A stretch of DNA of 64,000 nucleotides, taken from Oculina patagonica. Taxonomy: Eukaryota. Positions 12,696-23,737 of the stretch are shown here, one piece after another; the stretch's first letter is position 1, and every line of letters starts with the position of its first letter. The notes below the pieces were generated by a model. It worked only from the letters and a program-made list of their open reading frames with translations, searched no databases and had not been told where the DNA came from. The position numbers and the translations under genes are program-made. The stretch covers positions 26,350,001 to 26,414,000 of the forward strand of contig NC_135762.1 of assembly GCF_052425735.1 (NCBI RefSeq), in the 5' to 3' direction.

Positions 12696-13124
12696 CCCGG
12701 GGGGGGGGGGGGGCACTCAAAAAAGTTTTATACGGGGAGGCTCCGCCCCAAGCTCTTACCCCTTACCCTTTTATATACCATTTTGACAGAAATTGTACCC
12801 CTTTCCTATACCTTTTACTGAAAAAAGGTACCCCTTTCATATACCTAAAAGACATGACATAGCCTTAGAACAGGACGTTTTCTTGTCATTTTTATGTAGC
12901 GCTTAATAAATTAAAATAATACAGCCATAAAGTGCGTCTGTTCGAAATATTTTAATTACAGGCCTTTTAAAAAACCTAAATGACGGATTTTTATACCCTT
13001 TCATATACCTAAACTTGTGAAATCGCTACCCTTTTATATACCTGAAGCCTGAAAAAGGTACCCCTTTTGTGCGGAGCCTCCCCGTATAGGCCGTTATATG
13101 GAGTACCCCCCCCCCCCCCCCGGG
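12696..13124. mobile_element. MITE with CCCGGG-poly(G) ends and 8-bp TSD (one per tandem unit)
   Basis: GAGCTCGC|CCCGGGGG...CACTC ... GAGTACCCCC...CCCGGG|GAGCTCGC. Copies at ~24825-25248, ~30937-31361 and ~37049-37471. Confidence 0.85.
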
Positions 13125-13918
13125 GAGCTCGCTAGCGCTTTAAATAGTTTATAACACATTTTGTGACAACGATCATTCGGTCAAATGCCCGACCATCCGG
13201 GCTTCTGTTCGATCAAATTCCCCACTATCTGGGCTTTAGTAGCGGTCAAATGCCCGGGGGTTGCCCGGGGGGGATGATCTCGCTTGGAATTGACTGATAA
13301 GGAACGTAAATAGTATGTAAACAATACCAGGCAGAGAAATTTTTTTTAGGGATTTATTAGCAATATTTTTTGCACTAAGCATGTTCAGTAACGAAGTCGG
13401 ATCAAGATTTAGGATGGTCTTTAGTACATTTTATCTCCTCGACGAATTTTTTAATTTCTGACATGAGTATCGACGAGTAACTATTTTTCCCATTTTATAA
13501 TCTCACAATGGTGAAAGTTAGAAACAAGAAACTTCAAGCAGTTAAGAACCGTGGGGTTAATGCTTGACCACCTCTTTCAGTTCTTTAGCTAGAAAGGTGA
13601 CAGAGCCGCACAGTAAAAAATCTTTAGAAAAGCAGTCACTTGAGGAACACACAAATCGTGTTTGCGTGAGTTACGGAGTGTGCTAGTCCAGTCCCTGAAC
13701 TCTCCCTACCCCCGCCCTACATAGGGGGCTGAACCCAGGCGCGCGAAGAGAGAGTTCAGGATAACTTGCATCAAATCTTGCGTGACCGTCACCAAGGAGC
13801 CGGCTGGGCCGCGTGGGTCTGCCACGATTTACCGACAAAACGACAAAAGAAAAAACGCGGTCCAGATTATGAACCGGCTTCTCACGGTTAAAAAGTCAAT
13901 GTGGGAAGATTTTCGCGC

Positions 13919-14233
13919 TGTCGGAAATCGTGTGTTTTTATAATCAAAGCCTTTTAACGCGTCTATGATTGTTTAGTTGACTGGAAACGGACACGCATCG
14001 AATCTGTCATCGTTAGTATCTGTAATCTGTAATCTGTAGCCAATCGAAGAAAGCTTTGTACAATTAGTTGATCTTTTGTTCTAGGAACAGTGAGAGTGTT
14101 GTAATCGAACTCGGGACCTTGTGTGAGAAATATATATCTGTTTTAAAAAACTTCTATTCGTGAGCGAGTGATCTTTAGCGGGACTTATCGGGAAAACCCA
14201 TTGTGTTGCAAGGCAATTATCTTATTCCCAACA
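13919..14233 (+). repeat. 5' LTR (315 bp)
   Basis: TGTCGGAAA...TTCCCAACA; direct repeat of 19649-19954. Confidence 0.95.
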
Positions 14234-14322
14234 CAAAGTGGCACCTCCGACGGGACATGTGAGCGGAAAACAAAGAAACAAAACCAGAGAATCAAACAAG
14301 AGGATCGAACAACAGGACAACA

Positions 14323-17300
14323 ATGGAGAAATTGACCTCGGACCTGGACGTTCAACTAAAACTACTGGCATTTACTCAAGGGAAGACCAAAGGGATTGTC
14401 GACAAAGGAAACAGGGAAGCAATAGAACGGCATCGGGATGCTCTCCGATCAATTGTGAAGAAGGTCGGCAGCGTGAAAACACAAATTGAAGAAGCGAAAT
14501 TGGAGAGCGGCGTCGCTGTTGACGAGCTAACTAAATGGAGCGACGGAGTTGAAGCACAACAAGAAAAGGCTGACGAGGAAATCACGTATTTATCGGAAAC
14601 ACTTGTTCAAATCAATTATAAAACAAGTTTGCAAGCGAAGAAATGCGAAGAGGAGCTGGCCGAGAGAGATCGAGACAAACAACTGCAATTTGAGCGCGCA
14701 CAGCTAGAACAGAAGCTGGAATTTGAGAAGAAGATAGAAGAAGCGAAGAAGAGTCAAAATAGTCAAGTTGCGGCGTCGCCGGCTCCAGGGAAAAGTGCTA
14801 AACTGCCGAAGCTGGTAATCACTAAGTTTAGAGGCGAGCTAACAGATTGGCCCCGGTTCTGGAGTCAGTTCGAAGCCGAGATTGACAAGGCAGAAATAGC
14901 TGGCGTGACGAAGTACTCCTACTTGAAGGAACTCGTAGACCCGAAGATACGAACGGAAATCGACGGTTTGCCCTATTCATCAGAGGGATATGAGCGCGCG
15001 AAAAACATCCTGACAAGGAAGTATGGCCAAACAAGCGAGGTCGTGAACGCGTACGTGGAAAACATCATGTCCTTGCCAACAATTGGTGGAACACAGCCAG
15101 CCAGAATACACGATTTCTACGAGAAGCTTCTTTTCAATGTGCAATCGTTAGAAACAATGGGGAAACTGCGAGAGGTGACTGGATACGTGCGGATGACTAT
15201 TGACAAGCTGCCAGGGATAAGAGGGGATCTTGTGCGAACAGACGATTCTTGGCGAGAGTGGAAATTCCCAAAGTTAGTGGATGAACTCCGGAAATGGACA
15301 GAAAGAAACCCGATCCAATCTAAGCAAAACGACAAGCCCTGGCGTGACAAGAATTTTCACAATGACAAGCCCTGGCGTGACAAGAATTTTCAAGCCCAAC
15401 AGCAGAGAGATGGCCGAAATCGGGGATGCGTTTACTGTGAAAAACAAGATCACAGATCGGTTGACTGCAAATCGGTAACCACCGTCGACGATCGTAGAAA
15501 AGTGCTTAGCAACAAACGCCTATGTTTTAATTGCACCGGAACCAAGCACAGAGCTGACGATTGCAAGAGCCTTTCCTTGTGCCAGATTTGTCAGAGAAAG
15601 CATCACACCTCTATCTGCAACAGCTTGAGCGTTAGTAACCAGTTAATGACAGCGACTTCAGTGGAAAGACCAAATGTGATCTATCCGGTCGTCGTAGTGG
15701 AAGTGCTGGGAGTCAAGTGTCGTGCGTTGCTAGACACCGGTGCCGGGAGTTCGTATGCTTCAGCAGCGTTACTTGATCGCTTAAAGATCCGTCCTCATCA
15801 GCGAGAAGTGCGACAGATCGAAATGATGATGGGAGTGGTTACTAAGCCTGTGGAGATTTTCAAGGTCCAGATAAGTTCACTGAAGGGCGATTTCCTCCTC
15901 GAAACGGACGTGACCTTGGTAAACAAAAAGCAGCTGCTATCCCTGGAAAACCCTCGCTACCAGCAGGTCCTGGAAAGGTACGGCCACTTAAAGGGAGTGA
16001 AGATGGACGATATGGACACAAAAGATTTCCTTCCAGTGCACCTTATCTTGGGAGTGTGTGACTATACCAAGATCAAGACTGAGACCGCACCACTTATTGG
16101 AGCCGCGAACGAGCCTATCGCCGAGAAAACCAAGTTTGGATGGACTATTATTTCACCAGGCAAGGAAGTAGATCTGTCTCCAATGTTCCTGACACAAACA
16201 TCAACGGTAGATTACGACAACTTATGCAGACTGGATGTACTTGGACTCGCGGATTCTGCAACGGGTGACCAAGACGAGGTGTATTCAGAGTTCAAAGAGC
16301 AACTTAGCCGAGACGAAGAGGGTTGGTACGAAACTAGCCTTCCATGGAAGGGGAATCACCCATCTCTACCAAGCAACGAAGCAGGAAGTCTGCACAGGCT
16401 AACCGGCCTCGTAAAGAAGTTACGCAGCCAAGATATGATAGAGCGCTACGATCAAGTAATCCAAGAGCAAATTAAGGCCGGGATAGTCGAGAGAGTGAGC
16501 GGGCCTGCAACTGGGCAGCGCGAGTTTTACATTCCTCACAAGGCGGTAGTACGCGACACAGCAGAAACCACTAAGCTTCGAGTGGTCTATGACGCGTCAG
16601 CACGGGCCCACTCTGGTGCACCCTCGCTAAATGAGTGTCTGAATCCTGGTCCACCTCTTCAGAACAAGCTCTGGAGTGTCCTAGTTCGTTCTCGATTTCA
16701 TCCAGTTGCAGTCGCGGGGGACATCAAACAAGCTTTCCTCCAAGTCCGAATCAAAGAGCAAGACCGCGATGCGCTAAAATTTCATTGGTTGAAGGACCCA
16801 AGCAGTCAAACCGTGGAGACGTTGAGGTTTACCAGAGCCCTCTTCGGCCTCACATCATCACCTTTCCTCCTGGGAGGAGTCATTCAGCAGCTGTTGGAGA
16901 GTTGCAGACAAGACTACCCGGACATTGTCAGCGAGATCGAACGAAGCTTATACGTAGACGACCTGATCAGTGGTGGCCCTACAAGTGAAAAGGCAAAAGA
17001 AATCAAATCAGCTTCTCAGAGCATATTCGCCAAGGGCACCTTCGAGTTGCATAAATGGCATTCGAATGTGAAAGAGTTGGAATCGACCGTTTCAGAGCCA
17101 GGCGCGGTCGAGGAAGAAACATACGCGAAAGAGCAGTTGAACGTCCCTAGAAGAGAAGGAGCTACCCTGCTTGGTTTGCCATGGAACAAGGAAAACGATA
17201 CTGTTGGCGTGAGTTTCCCACAAGAGAAGGCTGATCCTAGCAAACGAGGAATCCTAAGCAAGGTGGCGAGAATCTATGACCCGCTGGGATTGGCCTCTCC

Positions 17301-19560
17301 TATCTCATTGGGCGGTAAACTCCTCTACCGTGACGTGTGTGACGCCAAGCTAAACTGGGATACAACGCTACCAAGCAAGTTGATGCAGAGTTGGGTCCGA
17401 TGGGAGGAGCGACTTCCCGAGCAGCTTACAGTCCCGAGGTCTTTAGCAGCCTATCAAGAGGACATTCAGCGAATCGAGTTGCACGCCTTTGGTGATGCCA
17501 GTGGTAAGGGCGTGGCCGCGGCTGTGTATGCTGTAGTCGTTCAAGAGACAGGTGCCAATCAGGGGCTTGTGGCAGCGAGAGCGAGACTCTCCAAAAAGGG
17601 ACTGACGATCCCTCGGCTAGAGTTGGTGTCTGGACATATGGCGGTGAATCTTTTAGCGAACGTGGCCTCAGCCCTGGGTGGATTTCCCGTAATGGAAAAG
17701 TGCTGCTGGCTCGATAGCACCGTTGCCCTGCACTGGATCAGATCCCCAGGCACATATAAGCAGTTTGTGAGTAACAGAGTTGAGAAAATACAAGCACATT
17801 CGGAAGTGATCTGGCGGCACGTAGGGACCTCAGAGAACCCTGCTGACCTGGGAAGCCGTGGTGGAGAAGTGACAAGTCATCCCTCTTGGTGTAACGGACC
17901 GACGTGGTTGAAGAACAAAGCGTGCTGGCCTCCAGATATTGTGACCAAGGCATCAGACGAATCAATGGCAGAAGTGAAAGCAATGCGAGATGTTCTTGCT
18001 GTGGCGATAGCAAGTACAGATGAGCTAGACTCCCTTCTTGAGAAGTATACCTACTGGAAGACGATGAGAATCTGTGCGTGGATAATGCGGTTCGTCCACA
18101 ACATCCGTTCAAGGAAGACAGGAAAACTCAAGGGACCCTTGACAACTGAAGAAACAAACAAAGCAAGAACCTTTTGGGTGAAAAGAGTCCAGACCAGAGC
18201 CACAGCGGATAAGCATTATCAAGAAGATCGGTTGCAACTGAATCTACAACCAAACCAAGACGGCATATTGGAATGTCGAGGCAGAATCCAAGGGCATTTT
18301 CCGGTGTATTTGCCCGATAGTCAGCGCTTCACAGAGAAGCTCATAACACAATCTCATCTCGGAACGCTCCATGGGGGAGTTGTCAGTACCATGGCAAAGG
18401 TTCGAGAGCTGTACTGGGTCCCACGCCTTAGACGATTGACTAAAAGAATTGTGAAAAGTTGCCACGGCTGTCGGCGGTTTCAAGCACAAGCATTTTCATC
18501 CCCGCCCCAAGGAGACCTCCCAAAGGATCGGACGGAAGGTCAGACGCCCTTTCAAGTCGTCGGCGTCGATTACGCGGGACCGTTGAAGTACCGTAAGAAC
18601 GCGAAGACAGAGGGAAAGGCTTACGTGTTGCTGTACGCCTGTAGCCTGACACGAGCTTTGTTCTTGGATTTGTTGCCCAACTTGGAAACTAAAGAATTCC
18701 TCGCGAGTTTCAAGAACTTCATCGCTCGACGCGGGAGACCGGAAAAGGTGTATTCCGACAACGGAAGAACCTTCGTTGGTGCCGCCCAGTGGATCAAACA
18801 AGTGATGCAAGATGAGAAGTTCCAGAATTTCCTCGCCTACGAAGGGATCCAGTGGCAGTTTAATTTGAGTCGTGCACCTTGGTGGGGAGGACAATTCGAG
18901 AGAATGGTGGGACTCGTCAAGGGAGCTCTTCACAAGTGTATTGGAAACGGTCTACTGTCCTGGGCTGAACTTCAAGAGGTACTGTTGGACATAGAAGTGG
19001 CACTCAACAACAGACCACTGAGCTACGTAGATGAAGACATTCAGCTACCCATCCTGACCCCAAGTTCCTTCCTGTTTGGCCAACCAAACATGCTACCAGA
19101 GTTAGAACCTTATCGCATCCAGGAACATGACCTGCGGAAGAGAGCTAAGTATCTGAGGAAGTGCAAGGATACGCTATGGTCACGCTGGACAAGAGAGTAT
19201 CTCCGCGGACTGAGAGAGAGACACCGGCTGAAGCACAGGGGAGAAGTGACCTATCCATCCAAGGGAGAAGTCGTTATCATTAAGTCAGAAGAGAAGAACC
19301 GAGCACAGTGGAAGTTGGGAGTCGTTGAAGACCTAATCACCGGGCGTGACGGCGTGATTCGTGGGGCGAAGCTCAAAACTGGAAAGTCGCATGTGGAGCG
19401 CCCAATTCAGCATTTGTATCCTCTTGAGTTAAGCTGTGACAAACCAGTACAGACCCCACGGGACACCCTGAATGCAGACGCACCAGTCTACAGGCCGCGA
19501 AGGGATGCCGCAGCAGCAGCTAGATTTCGTATCCAGGATATTAACGAGAATGAACAATGA
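14323..19560 (+). CDS. BEL/Pao gag-pol polyprotein (1745 aa)
   Basis: DUF1759-type gag (KLPKLVITKF...W..FW.QF), three Cys/His knuckles, protease LLDTGA, RT (DIKQAF, YVDD), RNase H (FGDAS, IPRLEL, WLDS), integrase HHCC plus DYAGP/SDNG/FER, C-terminal DUF5641-like region; single ORF in PR-RT-RH-IN order. Confidence 0.96.
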   Translation: MEKLTSDLDVQLKLLAFTQGKTKGIVDKGNREAIERHRDALRSIVKKVGSVKTQIEEAKLESGVAVDELTKWSDGVEAQQEKADEEITYLSETLVQINYKTSLQAKKCEEELAERDRDKQLQFERAQLEQKLEFEKKIEEAKKSQNSQVAASPAPGKSAKLPKLVITKFRGELTDWPRFWSQFEAEIDKAEIAGVTKYSYLKELVDPKIRTEIDGLPYSSEGYERAKNILTRKYGQTSEVVNAYVENIMSLPTIGGTQPARIHDFYEKLLFNVQSLETMGKLREVTGYVRMTIDKLPGIRGDLVRTDDSWREWKFPKLVDELRKWTERNPIQSKQNDKPWRDKNFHNDKPWRDKNFQAQQQRDGRNRGCVYCEKQDHRSVDCKSVTTVDDRRKVLSNKRLCFNCTGTKHRADDCKSLSLCQICQRKHHTSICNSLSVSNQLMTATSVERPNVIYPVVVVEVLGVKCRALLDTGAGSSYASAALLDRLKIRPHQREVRQIEMMMGVVTKPVEIFKVQISSLKGDFLLETDVTLVNKKQLLSLENPRYQQVLERYGHLKGVKMDDMDTKDFLPVHLILGVCDYTKIKTETAPLIGAANEPIAEKTKFGWTIISPGKEVDLSPMFLTQTSTVDYDNLCRLDVLGLADSATGDQDEVYSEFKEQLSRDEEGWYETSLPWKGNHPSLPSNEAGSLHRLTGLVKKLRSQDMIERYDQVIQEQIKAGIVERVSGPATGQREFYIPHKAVVRDTAETTKLRVVYDASARAHSGAPSLNECLNPGPPLQNKLWSVLVRSRFHPVAVAGDIKQAFLQVRIKEQDRDALKFHWLKDPSSQTVETLRFTRALFGLTSSPFLLGGVIQQLLESCRQDYPDIVSEIERSLYVDDLISGGPTSEKAKEIKSASQSIFAKGTFELHKWHSNVKELESTVSEPGAVEEETYAKEQLNVPRREGATLLGLPWNKENDTVGVSFPQEKADPSKRGILSKVARIYDPLGLASPISLGGKLLYRDVCDAKLNWDTTLPSKLMQSWVRWEERLPEQLTVPRSLAAYQEDIQRIELHAFGDASGKGVAAAVYAVVVQETGANQGLVAARARLSKKGLTIPRLELVSGHMAVNLLANVASALGGFPVMEKCCWLDSTVALHWIRSPGTYKQFVSNRVEKIQAHSEVIWRHVGTSENPADLGSRGGEVTSHPSWCNGPTWLKNKACWPPDIVTKASDESMAEVKAMRDVLAVAIASTDELDSLLEKYTYWKTMRICAWIMRFVHNIRSRKTGKLKGPLTTEETNKARTFWVKRVQTRATADKHYQEDRLQLNLQPNQDGILECRGRIQGHFPVYLPDSQRFTEKLITQSHLGTLHGGVVSTMAKVRELYWVPRLRRLTKRIVKSCHGCRRFQAQAFSSPPQGDLPKDRTEGQTPFQVVGVDYAGPLKYRKNAKTEGKAYVLLYACSLTRALFLDLLPNLETKEFLASFKNFIARRGRPEKVYSDNGRTFVGAAQWIKQVMQDEKFQNFLAYEGIQWQFNLSRAPWWGGQFERMVGLVKGALHKCIGNGLLSWAELQEVLLDIEVALNNRPLSYVDEDIQLPILTPSSFLFGQPNMLPELEPYRIQEHDLRKRAKYLRKCKDTLWSRWTREYLRGLRERHRLKHRGEVTYPSKGEVVIIKSEEKNRAQWKLGVVEDLITGRDGVIRGAKLKTGKSHVERPIQHLYPLELSCDKPVQTPRDTLNADAPVYRPRRDAAAAARFRIQDINENEQ

Positions 19561-19648
19561 ACAATGCATATATTTGATGATCGTGACTGATTTTCCAAAT
19601 GTTTAAGTTTTGTGGACATTTGCTGTCTCGAAGCAAATGGGGGGAGGG

Positions 19649-19954
19649 TGTCGGAAATCGTGTGTTTTTATAATCAAAGCCTTTTAACGCGTCTATGATT
19701 GTTTAGTTGACTGGAAACGGACACGCATCGAATCTGTCATCGTTAGTATCTGTAATCTGTAATCTGTAGCCAATCGAAGAAAGCTTTGTACGATTAGTTG
19801 ATCTTTTGTTCTAGGAACAGTGAGAGTGTTGTAATCGAACTCGGGACCTTGTGTGAGAAATATATATCTGAATTCTATTCGTGAGCGAGTGATCTTTAGC
19901 GGGACTTATCGGGAAAACCCATTGTGTTGCAAGGCAATTATCTTATTCCCAACA
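19649..19954 (+). repeat. 3' LTR (306 bp)
   Basis: Follows the polypurine tract; differs from the 5' LTR by one SNP and one short indel tract. Confidence 0.95.
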
Positions 19955-20387
19955 GCGCGATCGTTCTTAATGATTCTGGAGTTAGTGTTAAAGCACGTGC
20001 AAACTCACGCCGAAACCAATTGTGACTAAGCTTGTGTACTGCTCCTCTCGTGGAGTGGGTTTAGCATAGCGACTCGAAAGTTACTCGTTTGCGGGTTGTA
20101 GAGAGAAACTGGGTGTCAGCCGGGAGGGGAAAAACAAGTACACGAGAAAATCGGCATGACGGAAGACTACAAGAACTGACCGACTTTCATCGCGCTAAAT
20201 TTACCCGGTTTACTTTGTCTCGTCCCAACTAGTTATATAGCTTGCGCGGTGATATAGACTGAAGAGGTATAAGGGAAATTCCTCGGAACTACTGGGCGAA
20301 ATAATTTTTGGAATAACCATTTTCGCCTCAGGGAAACAGATTTTAGCATCCTCAGAACCAGAGAATAAAGCGAGTCTCTTCGGAAAA

Positions 20388-20820
20388 GTAATGGTAAAGG
20401 TCAAGTCTGCGTACGAGCCTAGTGGCCAAACGGGCCAGAGCTTATCCCGGTTTCAGTAGCATGAAGCCACTAGGAGTATTTCCAGCCTAGTCCCTAGGCG
20501 TTCTCTCTTGTCGTGAAATCCGCGCGAAGTCTCTCCCGGTGACGTCATGGCTCACAATGGGGTCCAGGTTTGACCGAGCCAAGAACGCCAAGGGACTAGC
20601 CTGGAGTATTTCTACTCCCCTTCTCGATGGAATGCAAAAGCCATTGCAGGGTAACCTCCCCCCCAGAATTAAATTTGCCGGTACCCAATTATACACCCTG
20701 GGTAGAGAGAGGCACTATGAGAGTAAAGGTGTCTTGCCCAAAACCACAACACAGTTACCCCGGCCAGGGCTTGAACCCGTAGCGCTCAAACCGGAGTCCA
20801 GAGCACTATTTAGGCCACAC
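20388..20820 (-). mobile_element. tRNA-headed SINE (one per tandem unit), interrupted by a small MITE
   Basis: Reverse complement gives GTGGCCTA..TAGTGC..GGGTTCAAGCCCTGGCCGGGG..TGTGTTGTG..TTGGGCAAGACAC; the same family occurs on the plus strand at 44921-45232. Confidence 0.75.
20483..20603. mobile_element. 121-bp MITE nested in the SINE
   Basis: TIRs CAGCCTAGTCCCTAGGCGTTCT / AGAACGCCAAGGGACTAGCCTG; flanking duplication GAGTATTTC (9 bp, or 7 bp if the TIR is read one base longer). Confidence 0.8.
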
Positions 20821-21523
20821 GAAAAAAAAAAAATAAAGAGTAAAAATAAGATAAAGGCTTCTTTCGAAAAGTGACATCACAACAAAATACAAAAGTGAGC
20901 TGAATGTTTTTCAGTGAACCATTTAATACATAAAATTCTGTTGTTTTCGTTTTTCTTCTTTTCAAGTTCCGTGTCATAGCACGGTCAGTAATGTGTTGAC
21001 CAAGTAAGATGTTCTACACTTCATCTAAAACTCAAAAGCTCAACAAGCGACGAAAGAACGTCATTAATTTTACTCTTAATATTTACAAATTTCTTTGAAC
21101 GCTATATAACATTTCACCTCTTTAACTTATCAGAAACCTACGAATTTTCCTTCCTGGCCAACCAAACAACAAAAGAAAAATAAAACAGCACAAACAATAG
21201 TTAGGACTGGGAATCACAAACAAAAAACAATGGAACTGGGAAAAGGAATTGGGTAAATCAGGAAATGGAAATTAATACCCCCCTTCAGGATCCTCATAGA
21301 AAAACCCTTTGATCAAAAAAGTCTGCTTCCAAATATATTTGTGCTCAGCTGCTCAGATCATCTTGCAGCGGTATATATATATATATTGGGAAATTCTAAG
21401 TAGGAAATTCATTATCTTGGTCTCTGAAGTTTCTAATTTCATACACTGACTCACCCGATGAAAACGTGTTCAGTTACTTTTTGCGTTAAAAGTTCGATAA
21501 GGTTCTTTTTTACATTATGTCAC

Positions 21524-23737
21524 TTATTTAAGGACATATATTTTTTTCGCTTTGTAATCTGTAACCAAAATGCGACCATCCGGTGTTGTAGCTATGTATG
21601 CTGGGTCTTTTAGTCCAGCAACACTTTTGCCAGTAAAACAACCATCCACTGTAAACTGCTGAATGCGACTATTGTCTCTGTCACATACAAGAAGATTGTA
21701 ACGATCGTTATGTTTATAAACACACAAACCCCAAGGATAGGCGAACTGTCCGTTGGCCTTGCCTTTTTCTCCAATCTTGTACAAAAACTTCCCTGAACTG
21801 TCAAATACTTTCAAACAATGGTTCCTACAGTCAGGTACAATGAACATATTTTTGTGATAAACGCATGCAATGGGTTGGTTGAGCTTTTCTAAGCCGCTAT
21901 CTCCAAATTTAAACACAGATTTACCATCTTTTGTTAAGACCTGGATTCTGTTGTTGTTACAGTCGGCTACAACGACATGTCCTTCACCATCAATGCAGAC
22001 ACTTTCTGGATTCTGAAGCTTGCCCTCTCCTGTCCCGTACGTTCCAAAACTATTCACAAAGTCCCCTGTCTGTACATTAAACTGCTGAATGCGGTGATTT
22101 AAGTCGTCTGCCACCAAAGTCTCGTCATCATTCAGGAATGTGACGCCAGCTGGTTTGTTCAACTGTCCAGGATTATTTCCATAGCAGCCAAGTTTTCGCA
22201 TAAACGTCCCTTCATTGTTAAATGTTAGGATACAGTGTGTTTTATAGTCACATACAGCGATCAGTCCTTTACTGTTAACAGCAATTCCACGTGGCTGATG
22301 AATAATTCCTCCTTGTAAATGTAACTCACCCACAATATCAAGGGGTTGTTCCATTACTTGGACAGTGAAAGGACTCTTAGCAAGTTCGTCGTCATTTATC
22401 TTCACTGTGATGTTGTGGCTGCCTGGTACTTTTGGTATGAATTTCACCAGGAAATTTCCATCTTCTTTTTCATTAATAATCAAACTTTCTTCTTGTTCAG
22501 CGGGTTCCACGAGCACTTCAACGTTAAATTTACTTTGAGCTTCACTCGTCAGTTCTTCTTTAGATGTGTTAGGACAGACCACAAACTCTGCTTCTAAACC
22601 AGCTTGGAAATTTTCAGTTAGTCCTTCTACTTTAGACAGACGTACATCTGTTTCGCTGGTTGCCATGTAACCCAGGCTTAAACTCTCGGGTGCAATAGTC
22701 GAGATAAACTTCAAGAATGAACTAACCGGAAGTGCTGGGACTGGGGTCTTGTTAAGATCTTCGAATCGCTGTTTCAAATTCTCCTTGCTTTGCATAATAT
22801 CTAGGCTTGAGCTTCCTTGAACCAGGCTAATAGCAAACTCAACTGCTTGGTTGATTCGCTTGGTCGAAGACTGCACTTCTTTCTTGACACAGCCTAATTT
22901 CTCCATTCTCGATCCGCGTGTTTTTTTGAGGGCGGTAATGGCCTCTTGCTCGAGTTCTTGAATCTTAGCTATCACTTGTTCTTTTGCTTGGATAACTTCG
23001 CGTATAGCGGCGGTTACATTAGCTTCTAGCTTAGAAGCCGTTTCTTCAAGTTGACGCATCACATCACTGTGAACTTTTATCTTTTCTTTCATCAATTCGA
23101 CGCCCGCCTTGATGATGTTGGCTTTCTCGCGACCAGCTGCTTTTTCAAGTTGATCAAAATTATGATTCTTATGATCAGTGTTTATGCAAATTTGACAAAC
23201 ACAAGTTTGGCATTCAACACAGAAAAACCCGGTTACCTCTTTTTCGTGGTACTGCTGAGAGCAAAAGGATTGTCGCTTTAACAAGGCCTCATAGTCTTGG
23301 GCTTGAAACTGTTTTACTGGCATGACTTTGTGTCCTTCAAACGCAGCGACTCTGAACACTTCATGTGCGTTTAAACAGTCAAGACACAACAATTTTTCAC
23401 AATCAAAGCAGTAGCTGATCTCAGCGTCCTTTCTCTTACAAATACCGCAACTGATTTCGCTTCCACTGCCACTTTGTTGCACAGCAAGAAGACTCAACAA
23501 ACTGTTGTGCAGAAAACTGGTCGGAAAATCATCAAAACGATTTCCTTCAGGGATGCCAACTTCTTCCTGACACTGAGGGCAACGAAATTTGCCTTGTCTT
23601 TGGCTGGTTAATGCGTATTTCTCCAAGCACTCACAACAGAAGGTATGAAGACAAGTTATTGTCTTGGGTTTGGTGTAAGTATCCAAACAGATCGAACAAG
23701 TAACTTGTTTTTTGAGGTTATTCAAGAGAGACTCCAT
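21524..23737 (-). CDS. TRIM-NHL E3 ligase, copy 2
   Basis: Intact ORF, ~99% identical to copy 1, with one extra Ile codon. Confidence 0.92.
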   Translation of the reverse strand: MESLLNNLKKQVTCSICLDTYTKPKTITCLHTFCCECLEKYALTSQRQGKFRCPQCQEEVGIPEGNRFDDFPTSFLHNSLLSLLAVQQSGSGSEISCGICKRKDAEISYCFDCEKLLCLDCLNAHEVFRVAAFEGHKVMPVKQFQAQDYEALLKRQSFCSQQYHEKEVTGFFCVECQTCVCQICINTDHKNHNFDQLEKAAGREKANIIKAGVELMKEKIKVHSDVMRQLEETASKLEANVTAAIREVIQAKEQVIAKIQELEQEAITALKKTRGSRMEKLGCVKKEVQSSTKRINQAVEFAISLVQGSSSLDIMQSKENLKQRFEDLNKTPVPALPVSSFLKFISTIAPESLSLGYMATSETDVRLSKVEGLTENFQAGLEAEFVVCPNTSKEELTSEAQSKFNVEVLVEPAEQEESLIINEKEDGNFLVKFIPKVPGSHNITVKINDDELAKSPFTVQVMEQPLDIVGELHLQGGIIHQPRGIAVNSKGLIAVCDYKTHCILTFNNEGTFMRKLGCYGNNPGQLNKPAGVTFLNDDETLVADDLNHRIQQFNVQTGDFVNSFGTYGTGEGKLQNPESVCIDGEGHVVVADCNNNRIQVLTKDGKSVFKFGDSGLEKLNQPIACVYHKNMFIVPDCRNHCLKVFDSSGKFLYKIGEKGKANGQFAYPWGLCVYKHNDRYNLLVCDRDNSRIQQFTVDGCFTGKSVAGLKDPAYIATTPDGRILVTDYKAKKIYVLK

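Larger units (their letters stand above)
13919..19954 (+). mobile_element. Full-length BEL/Pao LTR retrotransposon
   Basis: TG...CA LTRs at 13919-14233 and 19649-19954; PBS TGGCACCTCCGACGGGA at 14239; polypurine tract GGGGGGAGGG before the 3' LTR; GCGC duplicated at the site; empty site TTTTCGCGCGATCG present in units 2-4. Confidence 0.96.
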
